From Cyanobacteria bacterium P01_A01_bin.123 (GTDB taxonomy: Bacteria > Cyanobacteriota > Cyanobacteriia > Phormidesmidales > Phormidesmidaceae): a stretch of 64,000 nucleotides of DNA. A program made the translations under genes and the position numbers. The stretch lies in assembly GCA_039815185.1 (NCBI GenBank), contig JBCBZT010000002.1, positions 96,001 to 160,000 on the forward strand. The letters run 5' to 3'. Positions 53,132-62,776 of this stretch are shown piece after piece (the first letter of the stretch is position 1; every line of letters starts with the position of its first letter). The notes below the pieces were generated by a model, which was not told where the DNA came from, did no database searches, and saw only the letters and a program-made list of their open reading frames with translations.

Positions 53132-53980
53132 ATGTTAGAACTACATTGCCACACCACCTGTTCGGATGGATCCTTATCCCCCACAGAATTAGTCAATGCC
53201 GCTATCGCAGCTGGGGTTCAGGCCCTAGCCATTACGGATCACGATACGGTTGCAGGGTGGGATGAAGCTATGGAAGCTGCTGCCAACCAAGATCTAGAAA
53301 TCGTGCCGGGTCTAGAATTGAGTACGATGTACAACGAGCGATCGCTTCACATCCTCGGATTTTATCCCGATCGAGAGAAGCTAACACCAACGCTAAAAGA
53401 ACGTCTTGAAGGGCGTAAGCGGCGGGCTAAAAAAATAGCTGATAAATTAGCAGCCTTGGGTTATCCGATCGAACTGCCGGTCATCCCTGACAATATGGCC
53501 CCAGGCCGCCCCCATTTAGCCGCAGCATTGGTCGAAGCAGGACATGCTACAACTCACGACGAAGCCTTTGATCGGTGGCTAGGTGATAATGGCCCGGCCT
53601 ACGTACCCTATGAAAAGCTCTCGGCAGTAGAGGGGATTCAACGCTTAAGACATTGCGGCGCGGTGCCGGTTTGGGCCCATCCCTACTTATTTCGTGGGGG
53701 TACTGTCGCAGAGGTGTTGCCTGAATTGATTGCAGCTGGGTTAATGGGTGTTGAGGCTTACCACCCCACCCATAGCCCCAACCAGCAACAGCAGTTGATC
53801 GGCTTGTGCCGCCAATATGGTCTGTTAGTCACCGGGGGAAGTGACTATCATGGGCCTGCTAAACCTGGGTTTCAGAAAACCACGTTAAATCAGCTTCAGG
53901 TGCCCTTAACCCATCTAGAAAAGCTCCAAGATGCTGCCTTACAACTCCGGGGATTCAGGGCGTTAGACGATGATGATTAG
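53132..53980 (+). CDS. PHP-domain phosphoesterase (TrpH-like)
   Basis: LHCHTTCSDG, AITDHD, GRPHLA, AHP, TGGSDYHG. Confidence 0.92.
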   Translation: MLELHCHTTCSDGSLSPTELVNAAIAAGVQALAITDHDTVAGWDEAMEAAANQDLEIVPGLELSTMYNERSLHILGFYPDREKLTPTLKERLEGRKRRAKKIADKLAALGYPIELPVIPDNMAPGRPHLAAALVEAGHATTHDEAFDRWLGDNGPAYVPYEKLSAVEGIQRLRHCGAVPVWAHPYLFRGGTVAEVLPELIAAGLMGVEAYHPTHSPNQQQQLIGLCRQYGLLVTGGSDYHGPAKPGFQKTTLNQLQVPLTHLEKLQDAALQLRGFRALDDDD

Positions 53981-53983
53981 GGC

Positions 53984-55117
53984 TTAGGTCAATGTAATGG
54001 CACCGGCTTTGACCGTCAAAACCTGAGATGAATCGAGCCATTGGGCATCAAATGAACCTAGATGAGTTGTGGTGATTAGGGTTTGAAAGCGGTCTTGGAT
54101 GGCATCGAGCAATTGATTTTGGCGGTTTAGGTCAAGTTCTGCCAAGACATCGTCGAGCAACAGCAGTGGGGGTTCGCCCACCACGGCTTCAATTAGCTTT
54201 AATTCCGCTAGCTTGAGTGATAGCACCAAGGTACGCTGCTGCCCTTGGGAGCCATATTGCCGGGCTGGGGTATCGTTGATGAGAAAGTCCACATCGTCCC
54301 GGTGAGGGCCAACTAAGCTGGTGTGTTGATGCTGTTCGGCTACAGCCCGCTGGCGAATTTTGTCGAGAAAAGCCGCTTGTACCACTGCTGGCTCATCTGT
54401 TTCTAGAGGCACATTTGGAACATAGTCCACCACTAAGGTTTCTGTGCCACCACTGATCAAATCGTGCCAGTGGTGGGCAATCGGCGCGAGGCGATCGATA
54501 ACCCGCGATCGCCGTCGGATCACCCGTGATCCTAACGTCGCCAACTGAGCATCCCAAAGGGCTAGTTGGGTCGAGTCAATTGGTATTGCGTCCCCCACCG
54601 ATTCCGCCTGGCTGGCCTGCCTGAGCAGTGCATTTCGTTGTTTCAAGGCGTGGGTGTACTGGCCCAAAATATGGGCATAGATGGGTTCAAGCTGGGTCAA
54701 GAGGGTATCGATCCAAAGTCGCCGCTCCCCTGGCCCACCCCGCACTAAGTCCAAATCGAGACTCGAAAACTGCACGGCATTGAGGGTGCCCAAAAAGTCC
54801 ATCTGGCGGCGGAGTTTTTCACCATTAAGAATCGCTGTGCGACGGCTACCCTGGCGCAAAATCAAGGCCATTTCTGTGGTGGTCAGATCCCGTTGCAGAG
54901 TGGCGCCAATTTGCCCGGTTTGAGCGTTGTCTTGCACCAGGTCGCGATCGCGGCTAGTGCGATGGGACTTGAGTGTCGCCAATAGCTCCACGGCTTCTAG
55001 CAGATTAGATTTGCCTTGGGCATTGTCTCCCACCAAAATTGTCTTGGGTGCGTGAAACTCGACCCACTGCTCTTGATAGTTGCGAAAGTGCCTCAAATGC
55101 AGGCGCTGCAAATACAT
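53984..55117 (-). CDS. recF: DNA replication/repair protein RecF
   Basis: [37 protein letters not shown]. Confidence 0.98.
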   Translation of the reverse strand: MYLQRLHLRHFRNYQEQWVEFHAPKTILVGDNAQGKSNLLEAVELLATLKSHRTSRDRDLVQDNAQTGQIGATLQRDLTTTEMALILRQGSRRTAILNGEKLRRQMDFLGTLNAVQFSSLDLDLVRGGPGERRLWIDTLLTQLEPIYAHILGQYTHALKQRNALLRQASQAESVGDAIPIDSTQLALWDAQLATLGSRVIRRRSRVIDRLAPIAHHWHDLISGGTETLVVDYVPNVPLETDEPAVVQAAFLDKIRQRAVAEQHQHTSLVGPHRDDVDFLINDTPARQYGSQGQQRTLVLSLKLAELKLIEAVVGEPPLLLLDDVLAELDLNRQNQLLDAIQDRFQTLITTTHLGSFDAQWLDSSQVLTVKAGAITLT

Positions 55118-55237
55118 GGACGCTGGCTACCCGACAAACAATCTGGATCCACTGGCGGAATTCCCATAGTATAGGCCGCCCCTTGCCCCTGTCTGCCCAT
55201 ATAGCTATTGCCCCAATTTGTTGTGAGATAGGTGGAG

Positions 55238-55269
55238 GTTCCCAGTGCGATCGCGATCGCACTGGGAAC
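55238..55269. repeat. Perfect 32-bp palindrome centred on two overlapping HIP1 sites
   Basis: GTTCCCAGTGCGATCG|CGATCGCACTGGGAAC. Confidence 0.95.
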
Positions 55270-55275
55270 GGCTGG

Positions 55276-55887
55276 CTAGAAATTAGAGATCTTGACGTCT
55301 TCCTGGGCAACGAACCAGGTGTTCCGATTTTGTGGGCTAATCTCCTCACCCAATACAACCAAGTAATCGTCACCCTTGGGTTCAGAAGAGAGTAGGTAAT
55401 AAACTTTCTTATTCTCGACCTGATACCAGGTAGTTCCGTTGCCATCAGGATCATCTTCTTGTAGAAGCGTCATTTCCTGTTCATCAATCTTGAAGGAAGC
55501 GCCCGAGGCGTTGGAAACCTCTAACTTTATCTTGGCATTCCATCGCTGCTTAAAACCTTCTTGCATTGGCAAGGGAATGACCTCTTGGAGAAAATCCAAA
55601 GCATCTTCCTGATGACCACTGATCGATTTTGTGCCTTTATATGAACCCGGTAAATTCTCCATAGATAAAGAGGATTGGTCAGTGCCTGGGGACTGGTTTT
55701 TCCCGACACGCCACTTTTGAGCGAACTGCTCAATAATAGTCTTATCGGTAAGCTCATTATCAATCTGCAGTTGTAGCCACTTCAAAGCACGCTTCTGAAC
55801 ATCTTGTTTTTGCGGATTGTTGAATGTGGCAGGATCCTTAATCATATCCCTTAAAAAGTTAGGCGCAGACGAAGTTGAGTTAGTCAT
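55276..55887 (-). CDS. Hypothetical protein with two helical repeats and a C-terminal beta domain
   Basis: QKRALKWLQ...FAQKWR and HQEDALDFLQ...FKQRWN; C-terminal RNTWFV..V.I. Confidence 0.7.
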   Translation of the reverse strand: MTNSTSSAPNFLRDMIKDPATFNNPQKQDVQKRALKWLQLQIDNELTDKTIIEQFAQKWRVGKNQSPGTDQSSLSMENLPGSYKGTKSISGHQEDALDFLQEVIPLPMQEGFKQRWNAKIKLEVSNASGASFKIDEQEMTLLQEDDPDGNGTTWYQVENKKVYYLLSSEPKGDDYLVVLGEEISPQNRNTWFVAQEDVKISNF

Positions 55888-56543
55888 AGTGATATTCCTT
55901 GCAGGGCATGGAGAGGTTGATAATCGCTAATTGGCGAATAAAATTCAGAGTTAGCGCGGTGATAGCATCAATCTGCGTCAGAAAACCTTGCCATTAATTG
56001 ACAGGATCCTCTGTACAGGACAAAACTTTCGATAATGGGTTCTAAAAACGCCTGGAGTCCTTATGGGATAAGACCTTTAGGATAATTGTCGGAATCCCTA
56101 CTGTGTATGACTTGCAGGTTTTTTATCCTGTGTCTAGGACAGGGTCATATCTTCCCTGATCTCAGAGAGATTCATAGGATGGGTATTAAATTGCAAAAAA
56201 CTTTGAGAAATTTGGATAAGTCTCAAAAACCAATGGCTTCAACTGTTAAAGCTCTGTCAGGACTCTTCAGAATTTTGATTTTATCTTCAATGCATCTGAA
56301 GCATAAGAGACTTGCTATTACTATATAGCCAATTTCAATTTAAAGCGAAGATTTAAACTGAAAGATACAATACTCGTCTTTTTTAGAACATCTGATTATT
56401 CATACAAAAATGGCAAATCCTCAAAGATCTAGGTGGTTAATAGAGCTTTGCCAATATCTATCGGTTATTTGAGGCAGCTATGACGGGGATAATTAGCCGA
56501 GTCATGCCGCCCGACAAGTTCTTTAAATGTCTCTAAAAAATGA

Positions 56544-56668
56544 AAGTTGCTAGTTATCGAAAACAGGTAATTTCAAGTGTAAAATTCTCTAAATTTAGTA
56601 GCGGAAATTACCTGAAAGCTGTCTTTTTTGTATGCAAAAGTACTAAAGCAGCCAGTAACTAGCAACTT
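56544..56668. repeat. Nested inverted repeats
   Basis: AAGTTGCTAGTTA (56544-56556) pairs with TAACTAGCAACTT (56656-56668). CAGGTAATTTC (56564-56574) pairs with GAAATTACCTG (56604-56614). Confidence 0.85.
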
Positions 56669-56719
56669 GGAGTGTTAGCTTAATCCGGTATATTTGAACT
56701 CACCATCGTGTTACTAATC

Positions 56720-57568
56720 TTATCGAGATGCCCTAGCGGGTCTGAGCCTAAATTGTCCATGACGCCTTACCCGTTGTTGTTCTTGAGGGTGCCTGTCTGT
56801 CACGGGTGGAGCCGTCGCCATTAAAATTTTTTCCATCAGCCAGGGTGCAATGCGATCGCCCCATACCGCTAAATGGCTTTGCCATCCCACCAAGATTTCT
56901 GGCGTTCCCTTTTGTAATCCAACCATCAGCACTTTTGCCACTTGCTCTGGTGTGCTCGGCACCACCCCTCGAAACCATTGGAAATTGCGCACCATATCGG
57001 TATCCGTCAGCGAAGGCAATAAGGCCGTTACCCGAACGTTGTAAGGTGCCAGTTCACTGCGCAACGCCTGGGTGAAGCCTTGAATCGCAAATTTAGTTGC
57101 AGAATAGGTCGCCATGGTGGGGGCTGCGATTTTGCCCATGAGACTAGAGACATTGACGATCTGCCCTTCCCCTTGAACAGCCATACGTCGACCAATCAGC
57201 CGTGTCACGGTATACATACCCACCAGATTGGTCGCCAGCTCTTCTTTCACCTGCAGTAATTTGGAGTGCAAAAACGGCGTTTGGTATGCGACTCCTGCGC
57301 AATTGACCAGGAGATGGATCGGGCCATAGTCACGCCAAGCATGGGCGATCGCAATATTGACTTGTACGGGCTGCGTCAGATCGAGTGGCAGGGTAACAAC
57401 CTCTACCCCCATCACCCTGACTTCATCGGCAACGTCGCTCAGGCGCTGGGGGGTTCTGGCCACCAATAACAGTTGTTTTATGCCCTGTTGCGCTAGTTCT
57501 AGGGCGATCGCTCGGCCAATGCCACGAGAAGCCCCAGTAATCAGGGCAGTTTTTCCTTGAATATCCAT
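56720..57568 (-). CDS. SDR family oxidoreductase
   Basis: TGASRGIG, VNCAG, NVSS, YSATK; GGAGG SD before MDIQGK. Confidence 0.93.
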   Translation of the reverse strand: MDIQGKTALITGASRGIGRAIALELAQQGIKQLLLVARTPQRLSDVADEVRVMGVEVVTLPLDLTQPVQVNIAIAHAWRDYGPIHLLVNCAGVAYQTPFLHSKLLQVKEELATNLVGMYTVTRLIGRRMAVQGEGQIVNVSSLMGKIAAPTMATYSATKFAIQGFTQALRSELAPYNVRVTALLPSLTDTDMVRNFQWFRGVVPSTPEQVAKVLMVGLQKGTPEILVGWQSHLAVWGDRIAPWLMEKILMATAPPVTDRHPQEQQRVRRHGQFRLRPARASR

Positions 57569-58354
57569 GATGAACCTCCAAAATTGGGGCCTCACCGCAA
57601 TCAGAACGGCTACCGGGTTAATCAAATCACGGGTGATTAACACCGGTATACGGTGAGACGATAATCATTCAACATCAGCGAATGCGTTTGGCTAAGCGAT
57701 CAGCGACAAAACACAAGTTGGCAACATGGCGACACCTTGCCCCAGTGAGGAATAGTCCCACGTACAAATCGTGGAGGCCATATTGCCGAGTAACGGATAG
57801 ACGTTTGAGCTAGGACGACAGTCGTTAGGAGACAAGTGAAGAAGAGAGCGTAATGATTGGCCTTAGCCTTCTAAAACAGGGGAGCAATGACATTTGAGCG
57901 GGGGCCAGTTCAACCACATCCGATTTGAAAACTTGGGCCTTTAGACCAGAGGAACATCCCCGATCTGGATGTGGACTAGGTTTAAATCACAAATCACGCT
58001 TCTTCGGACCGTGCTGAATCAATGCAATGGTGCAGTGTCAGAATGCAATGTTAAGCATGCTAGGGGAGTCTCCTAAGTGCAAAAACTAATCGAAGCAACT
58101 AACAGTGCCTACGCTAGCAACCCAATCAAGCATCTGCAACATTTATTAATCAAAGTCGAATATTGTTATAGTCCGAAATAATATTTCTCATAAAGGCGAT
58201 CGCCTTATAACAATAGGCAATTATCTATATTGACTGATCAGCCATGATCCCGAGTGCTTGGTCAGCGATCGCAATCATCGAGCGAGAATGAACATTTACC
58301 CCAGCATAGGGAGATTCATGATAGAGATTTATCTGTCCTTATCGTGCTGATTCA

Positions 58355-58822
58355 TTACTTTGTGGGCCAAGTATTAAACGGGTGCTTGACCAAGTAAGAA
58401 TTGAAATAGCGTGAATCGCCAGACACCTCTTTCCCAATCCAATGCGGGAGGGCGAAGGTTTGATCGGGCCGATTCAGCTCGATTTCGGCCAAAATTAAGC
58501 CGCGATTGTCGCCCATAAATTCGTCCACTTCCCACACCAGGTCGCCGATCGGAATTTTGGTGCGGATCTTTTCAACCCACGGACGCTGACAGAGGGTATC
58601 CAGCATTGCCTGGGCGTCGTCTAGGGGAATCGGATATTCAAATTCAGCCCGACTGACGCCATCCGAAGGGCCTTTTATCGTCAAATAGCCTTTGTCTCCA
58701 GCAATTCGTGCCCGCACTGTGGGTTGGGTTGATAGATAGCCCTGACAATAGCGGATGCCTTGTCCCAGCGATCGCCACTGATCACCGACTACTAAAAACT
58801 TACGTTCAATCTCAGTACCCAT
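58355..58822 (-). CDS. CYTH domain protein
   Basis: EIERKFLV, LTIKG, EFEY, WEVDEF, AEIEL. Confidence 0.92.
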   Translation of the reverse strand: MGTEIERKFLVVGDQWRSLGQGIRYCQGYLSTQPTVRARIAGDKGYLTIKGPSDGVSRAEFEYPIPLDDAQAMLDTLCQRPWVEKIRTKIPIGDLVWEVDEFMGDNRGLILAEIELNRPDQTFALPHWIGKEVSGDSRYFNSYLVKHPFNTWPTK

Positions 58823-58883
58823 AATTTGGAGACTTGCCTATCCTCTATCACCCGTGACCCATCCTCCCACTATGCCCACTCAC

Positions 58884-59867
58884 TCAACGAATTCCCTGAT
58901 GTAGATACAAAAAAGCCTCTACCTCTCGGCGAGTGGGCTGGGCTGCGATCGCGCCCGGACGCAACGTGGCTAAAGCACCCACAGCGCTGGCAAAAGTGAC
59001 TGTAGCTTTGGCTGACTCCGGAGTTGCAAAGGCACCCATACCTTGTTCGCACAATTGATGCAAAAATCCAGCCAGAAACGCATCTCCAGCCCCCGTGGTG
59101 TCTTCTACATCAACCTCAAAGGCCGGCACAGCGCCATAATGGGCACCTAAATAATAGGTGCATCCCGCATTGCCAGCAGTGATTAAGACCCCTTCGAGCT
59201 GATTGAGTTGTTGGCGAATGATCTTGGGGTCGTCCGTCCCAAATAACCAATGAGCCTCATCAACAGAGAGTTTCAGAAAATTGGCTTGCTGTAAAAACTT
59301 CAAAATGATTGCTGGGGCCACCGCCGGATCAGGCCAAAACATCGGTCGCCAATTGACATCAATCACCACTTTGGCGCATTTGTCTTCTCCATAGCGCAGT
59401 ACTTGAGTCATGGCTCGCCCGGTGTCTGGATAGGCAAGGCCCAAGGTACCCATCACCAAAAACTGCAATGCATCAAAACTTTCTGGGGCAACCCACTCAG
59501 GTTTAAACTGAGCATCAGCAAAACAGGTCGGGTCAGGCTGACTAAAAGCCGCAAAGTGGCGATCGCCCTGCTGATCGCGCAACACGTAAACTAAGCGTGT
59601 CGGCAAAGTTCGATGCAGCGTCGCATAATCACAATTCACCCCTACCTCAGCTAGTGTCGCAATCAACGCTCTACCCGACGCATCGTTGCCAACACAACCC
59701 ACAAACCGAGATGTTGAACCTAGCTTGGCCAGCGCTGCGGCCACATTGGCTGGCGCTCCGCCAGGGTAGGTTGTCCAAGATGTCACCGCCGCTAATGGCA
59801 ATCCGGGCTGGTCGGCCAGGCAATCCACTAGCGCCTCTCCGAAGCACAACACAGGTGCAGGGGTCAC
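58884..59867 (-). CDS. PfkB carbohydrate kinase (fructokinase-like)
   Basis: GGAPANVA, DVNWR, DTTGAGDAF. Confidence 0.92.
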   Translation of the reverse strand: MTPAPVLCFGEALVDCLADQPGLPLAAVTSWTTYPGGAPANVAAALAKLGSTSRFVGCVGNDASGRALIATLAEVGVNCDYATLHRTLPTRLVYVLRDQQGDRHFAAFSQPDPTCFADAQFKPEWVAPESFDALQFLVMGTLGLAYPDTGRAMTQVLRYGEDKCAKVVIDVNWRPMFWPDPAVAPAIILKFLQQANFLKLSVDEAHWLFGTDDPKIIRQQLNQLEGVLITAGNAGCTYYLGAHYGAVPAFEVDVEDTTGAGDAFLAGFLHQLCEQGMGAFATPESAKATVTFASAVGALATLRPGAIAAQPTRREVEAFLYLHQGIR

Positions 59868-59987
59868 AGGGCGTTCCTCAAAAGCCTAGTCAAGATTAAC
59901 AGAGACCCGCGATCGCGACTGCGCAAAACTTGTGAAGTTTGCTGATGGCCGCTCAAGCATGATCACGCCTGCGTCTCAAATTGGTTA

Positions 59988-60959
59988 CTAATGCAACCGT
60001 CTCAGCACATAATTGGACAGATCCAGTAATGCTTGGCAAGAATCGGAGGGCGGTAAATCACTCAGACAGTGGTTAGCTAACTTGACGTGGTAAGCCGCAA
60101 GTTCGCGGGAACGTTCAATCCCTCGAGATTTTTCAATCAGCGCGATCGCCTGCTCAAAATCGTCCGCCTCTGCAAATTCCCGCTCGATCATCTTAGCTAA
60201 GCCGGGGTGTTCCTCTAACGCATACAGTACGGGTGCTGTCAGGTTGCCACTTTGTAAATCTGAGCCTGCCGGTTTGCCCAAGACCTCCACTGAGCCAGTG
60301 AAGTCGAGAATGTCATCGACAATCTGAAACGCCAATCCCAAATTGCGACCATAGCCATACAGCTGTTCCGATGCGGCTTCGCCAATGTCGCTGAGAACCC
60401 CGACTGATTTAGCACTGTTGGCAATCAGCGACGCGGTTTTGTAATAGCTTTTTTCCAAATAAGCCTCAATAGAAAGCTCGGTATCAAATCGATTTAACCC
60501 TTGCTGAATCTCGCCCTCGGCCAAATCCATAATCACTTGGGACAGCAGCTTGACCACCGTCAAATTGTCTAAGTTAGCGAGGTACCAAGACGATTGGGCA
60601 AACAAGAAATCTCCAGCCAGAACGGCAATCCGGTTACCAAAACTGCTGTGAACCGTAGGCACCCCGCGACGAACAGCAGATTCATCAACCACATCATCGT
60701 GCACCAGGCTAGCAGTATGAATCATTTCAGTGATCTCAGCCAGTCGCCGATGCTGGGGAGTAATGCCTGATTCTGAAGCCGTGGCTCGGGCCAACAATAG
60801 CACCACAGCAGGCCGAATGCGCTTACCGCCGGCCCCAAAGAGATGCTCCGCAGCAGCATACAGAATCGGGTGACGAGCACCAACTAAATTTTTGAGATTA
60901 TCCGTCAGCAGACGGAGGTCGGCTTCAACGGGCGAAAAAAGAGAAATTGCAGAAGTCAT
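59988..60959 (-). CDS. sds: Solanesyl diphosphate synthase
   Basis: GGKRIRP, LVHDDVVD, RRG, KTASL, FQIVDDILD. Confidence 0.92.
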   Translation of the reverse strand: MTSAISLFSPVEADLRLLTDNLKNLVGARHPILYAAAEHLFGAGGKRIRPAVVLLLARATASESGITPQHRRLAEITEMIHTASLVHDDVVDESAVRRGVPTVHSSFGNRIAVLAGDFLFAQSSWYLANLDNLTVVKLLSQVIMDLAEGEIQQGLNRFDTELSIEAYLEKSYYKTASLIANSAKSVGVLSDIGEAASEQLYGYGRNLGLAFQIVDDILDFTGSVEVLGKPAGSDLQSGNLTAPVLYALEEHPGLAKMIEREFAEADDFEQAIALIEKSRGIERSRELAAYHVKLANHCLSDLPPSDSCQALLDLSNYVLRRLH

Positions 60960-61832
60960 AGAGATATCGACTCTGGCAGTTTATTACGAAATTTTACATT
61001 ATCTATATTCATTCTAAGCCAAGCCCCCAGTATGTGAAATAAACCTTCAAAGGATCATCTTTTTCCTGAAGCCTAGGGGGTAATTTCACACCTGCGATCG
61101 CGGACGCAACTCGCCCCGGCATTTTTTGTAGCTTTTTATACAAAATAAAGGGTCGTCTTCAAGGAAAAGTCCTCGTTTCAGGACACCTTTTCCGGCAGTC
61201 TGAGATTTGTAAAAACACGCTAAAAAGCCACTCATATTTGGATCGCTTATGCTATCTTGATAGTAAGATTTTCGGAAAAATTTAATATTGAGAGCAAAAG
61301 TTAGGTCAGCGTTAAAAGTGCGCTGTTTGTCTACGAGATGTAAAGATCGGGGAAATTGTTTACACCTGATTTTCTGTTTGGTGGTTTCTCCAAGACACCT
61401 TTAGGCCAAGCGGAAGTAGACGACAGGATAGAGCAGATCCAGTGCTTGATTAGCACCTTGATGGCCAACTTAAGTCTCCTTATGAATTTAGCCAGATAAA
61501 GGCCAGCATTTTGTTGGGCTGGATTGGCATATTCTTCTAGTTGCCCTTGGTTTTCACTCAGGGTAGCTGAAATTAAAAACTCAGTTAAGCAAAACTACCT
61601 TAGTTCCTCCCTCTCTGCCGCTCGATCACGCTATGAAATACGGTGCCATTCCATTAATTATTCCGATGCTTGCCATCGTTTATCTATTAATCGTCTACGG
61701 CGTTCTAGCCTTGGCTAGGCTTTCTAATCAACCCAGTAAGCCAGAAGGTTAGTGTGCCACTCAGCTAGGAAGCCCAGATGCCCCAACCCAGCCACTCGTT
61801 GTTTTGAGCGGCGCGAGCTTCGGGACATTGAG

Positions 61833-62696
61833 CTAGTCTTGCGGTGACCGTTGAGGCACTGCCTGGGGCTTTGTTGTGGGTAAAGTAATTTGTTCCACCA
61901 TGGGGCAACGATCTAACCATTGACTCGCGCCCCGTTGAAACTGTAACGGATCACCACTGACGCAAAACCGAGTTGGATGGACTTTCGTACTGCTGCGCAA
62001 TCCTAGAACATCAAGTTCTTGACTGGCCGCTGCTACCACGTGGACGGCAGGGTCAATTTTTTGAACATGAGTGGGGAGAATCTGGCTCAAGATGGGTTCT
62101 AGATAGGGATAGTGGGTGCAGCCATAAACTAACGTATCGATATTCCGTTGGATCAAAGGCTCTAAATAAGTGCGGGTCACGATTGGAGTGTAGGGATCAT
62201 CAATTCGATTTTGCTCAATTAAAGGGACAAATTTTGGGCATCCCACCTGCCAAACTTGAGCGTTAGGGTCAACTTCAGCAATAGCACGACCGTAGGCATT
62301 GCTGGCAGCGGTGATCGGGGTAGCAATTACACCAATCCGTTGCCCCGCTCTGGCGGCTGCGCGAGCACCCGGTAAGACAATGCCCAAGACAGGTACCGAA
62401 AATTCAGCTTGAATGATCTCTAGTACAGTGGCGGAACTGGTGTTGCAGGCCATCAGAACCATCTTGACGCCACAGTGAGTCATCCAGGTCATAATTTCGC
62501 GCACAAACTGAAGAATCTCAGCCTCAGACCGATCGCCATAGGGAACACGAGCCGTATCCCCGAAATAGAGCACCGACTCGTTAGGCAACTGCCGATAAAC
62601 TTCGCGCAACACGGTTAGCCCGCCTAATCCACTGTCAAATATACCGATGCGAGCAGGGTCAGGCCCAACGGCACTGAGAGGGACGTGCTTCGCCAT
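61833..62696 (-). CDS. murI: Glutamate racemase
   Basis: FDSGLGGL, PYG, ACNTSS, GCTHYP. Confidence 0.97.
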   Translation of the reverse strand: MAKHVPLSAVGPDPARIGIFDSGLGGLTVLREVYRQLPNESVLYFGDTARVPYGDRSEAEILQFVREIMTWMTHCGVKMVLMACNTSSATVLEIIQAEFSVPVLGIVLPGARAAARAGQRIGVIATPITAASNAYGRAIAEVDPNAQVWQVGCPKFVPLIEQNRIDDPYTPIVTRTYLEPLIQRNIDTLVYGCTHYPYLEPILSQILPTHVQKIDPAVHVVAAASQELDVLGLRSSTKVHPTRFCVSGDPLQFQRGASQWLDRCPMVEQITLPTTKPQAVPQRSPQD

Positions 62697-62776
62697 AGGA
62701 AATTATACTCATCCTTTTCTAATGTTAAGTGTCTAGTGGGTCTAAGCCCAGACAGCAATTGCTAGCCCTTATCCTT

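Noticed and set aside
56086..56328. 80-aa ORF in AT-rich intergenic DNA (likewise 9670-9984, 13444-13824, 20845-21090, 44352-44621)
   Set aside because: No motifs, weak starts or overlap with better-supported features; probably spurious.
56720..57568. HetN-like patterning SDR
   Set aside because: No RGSGR pentapeptide; only the ordinary SRGIGR nucleotide-binding motif.
61380..61470. Glutamine (glnA) riboswitch suggested by GGAAGTAG
   Set aside because: Lacks the CGTT...GAAG(G/C)AACG closing stem.
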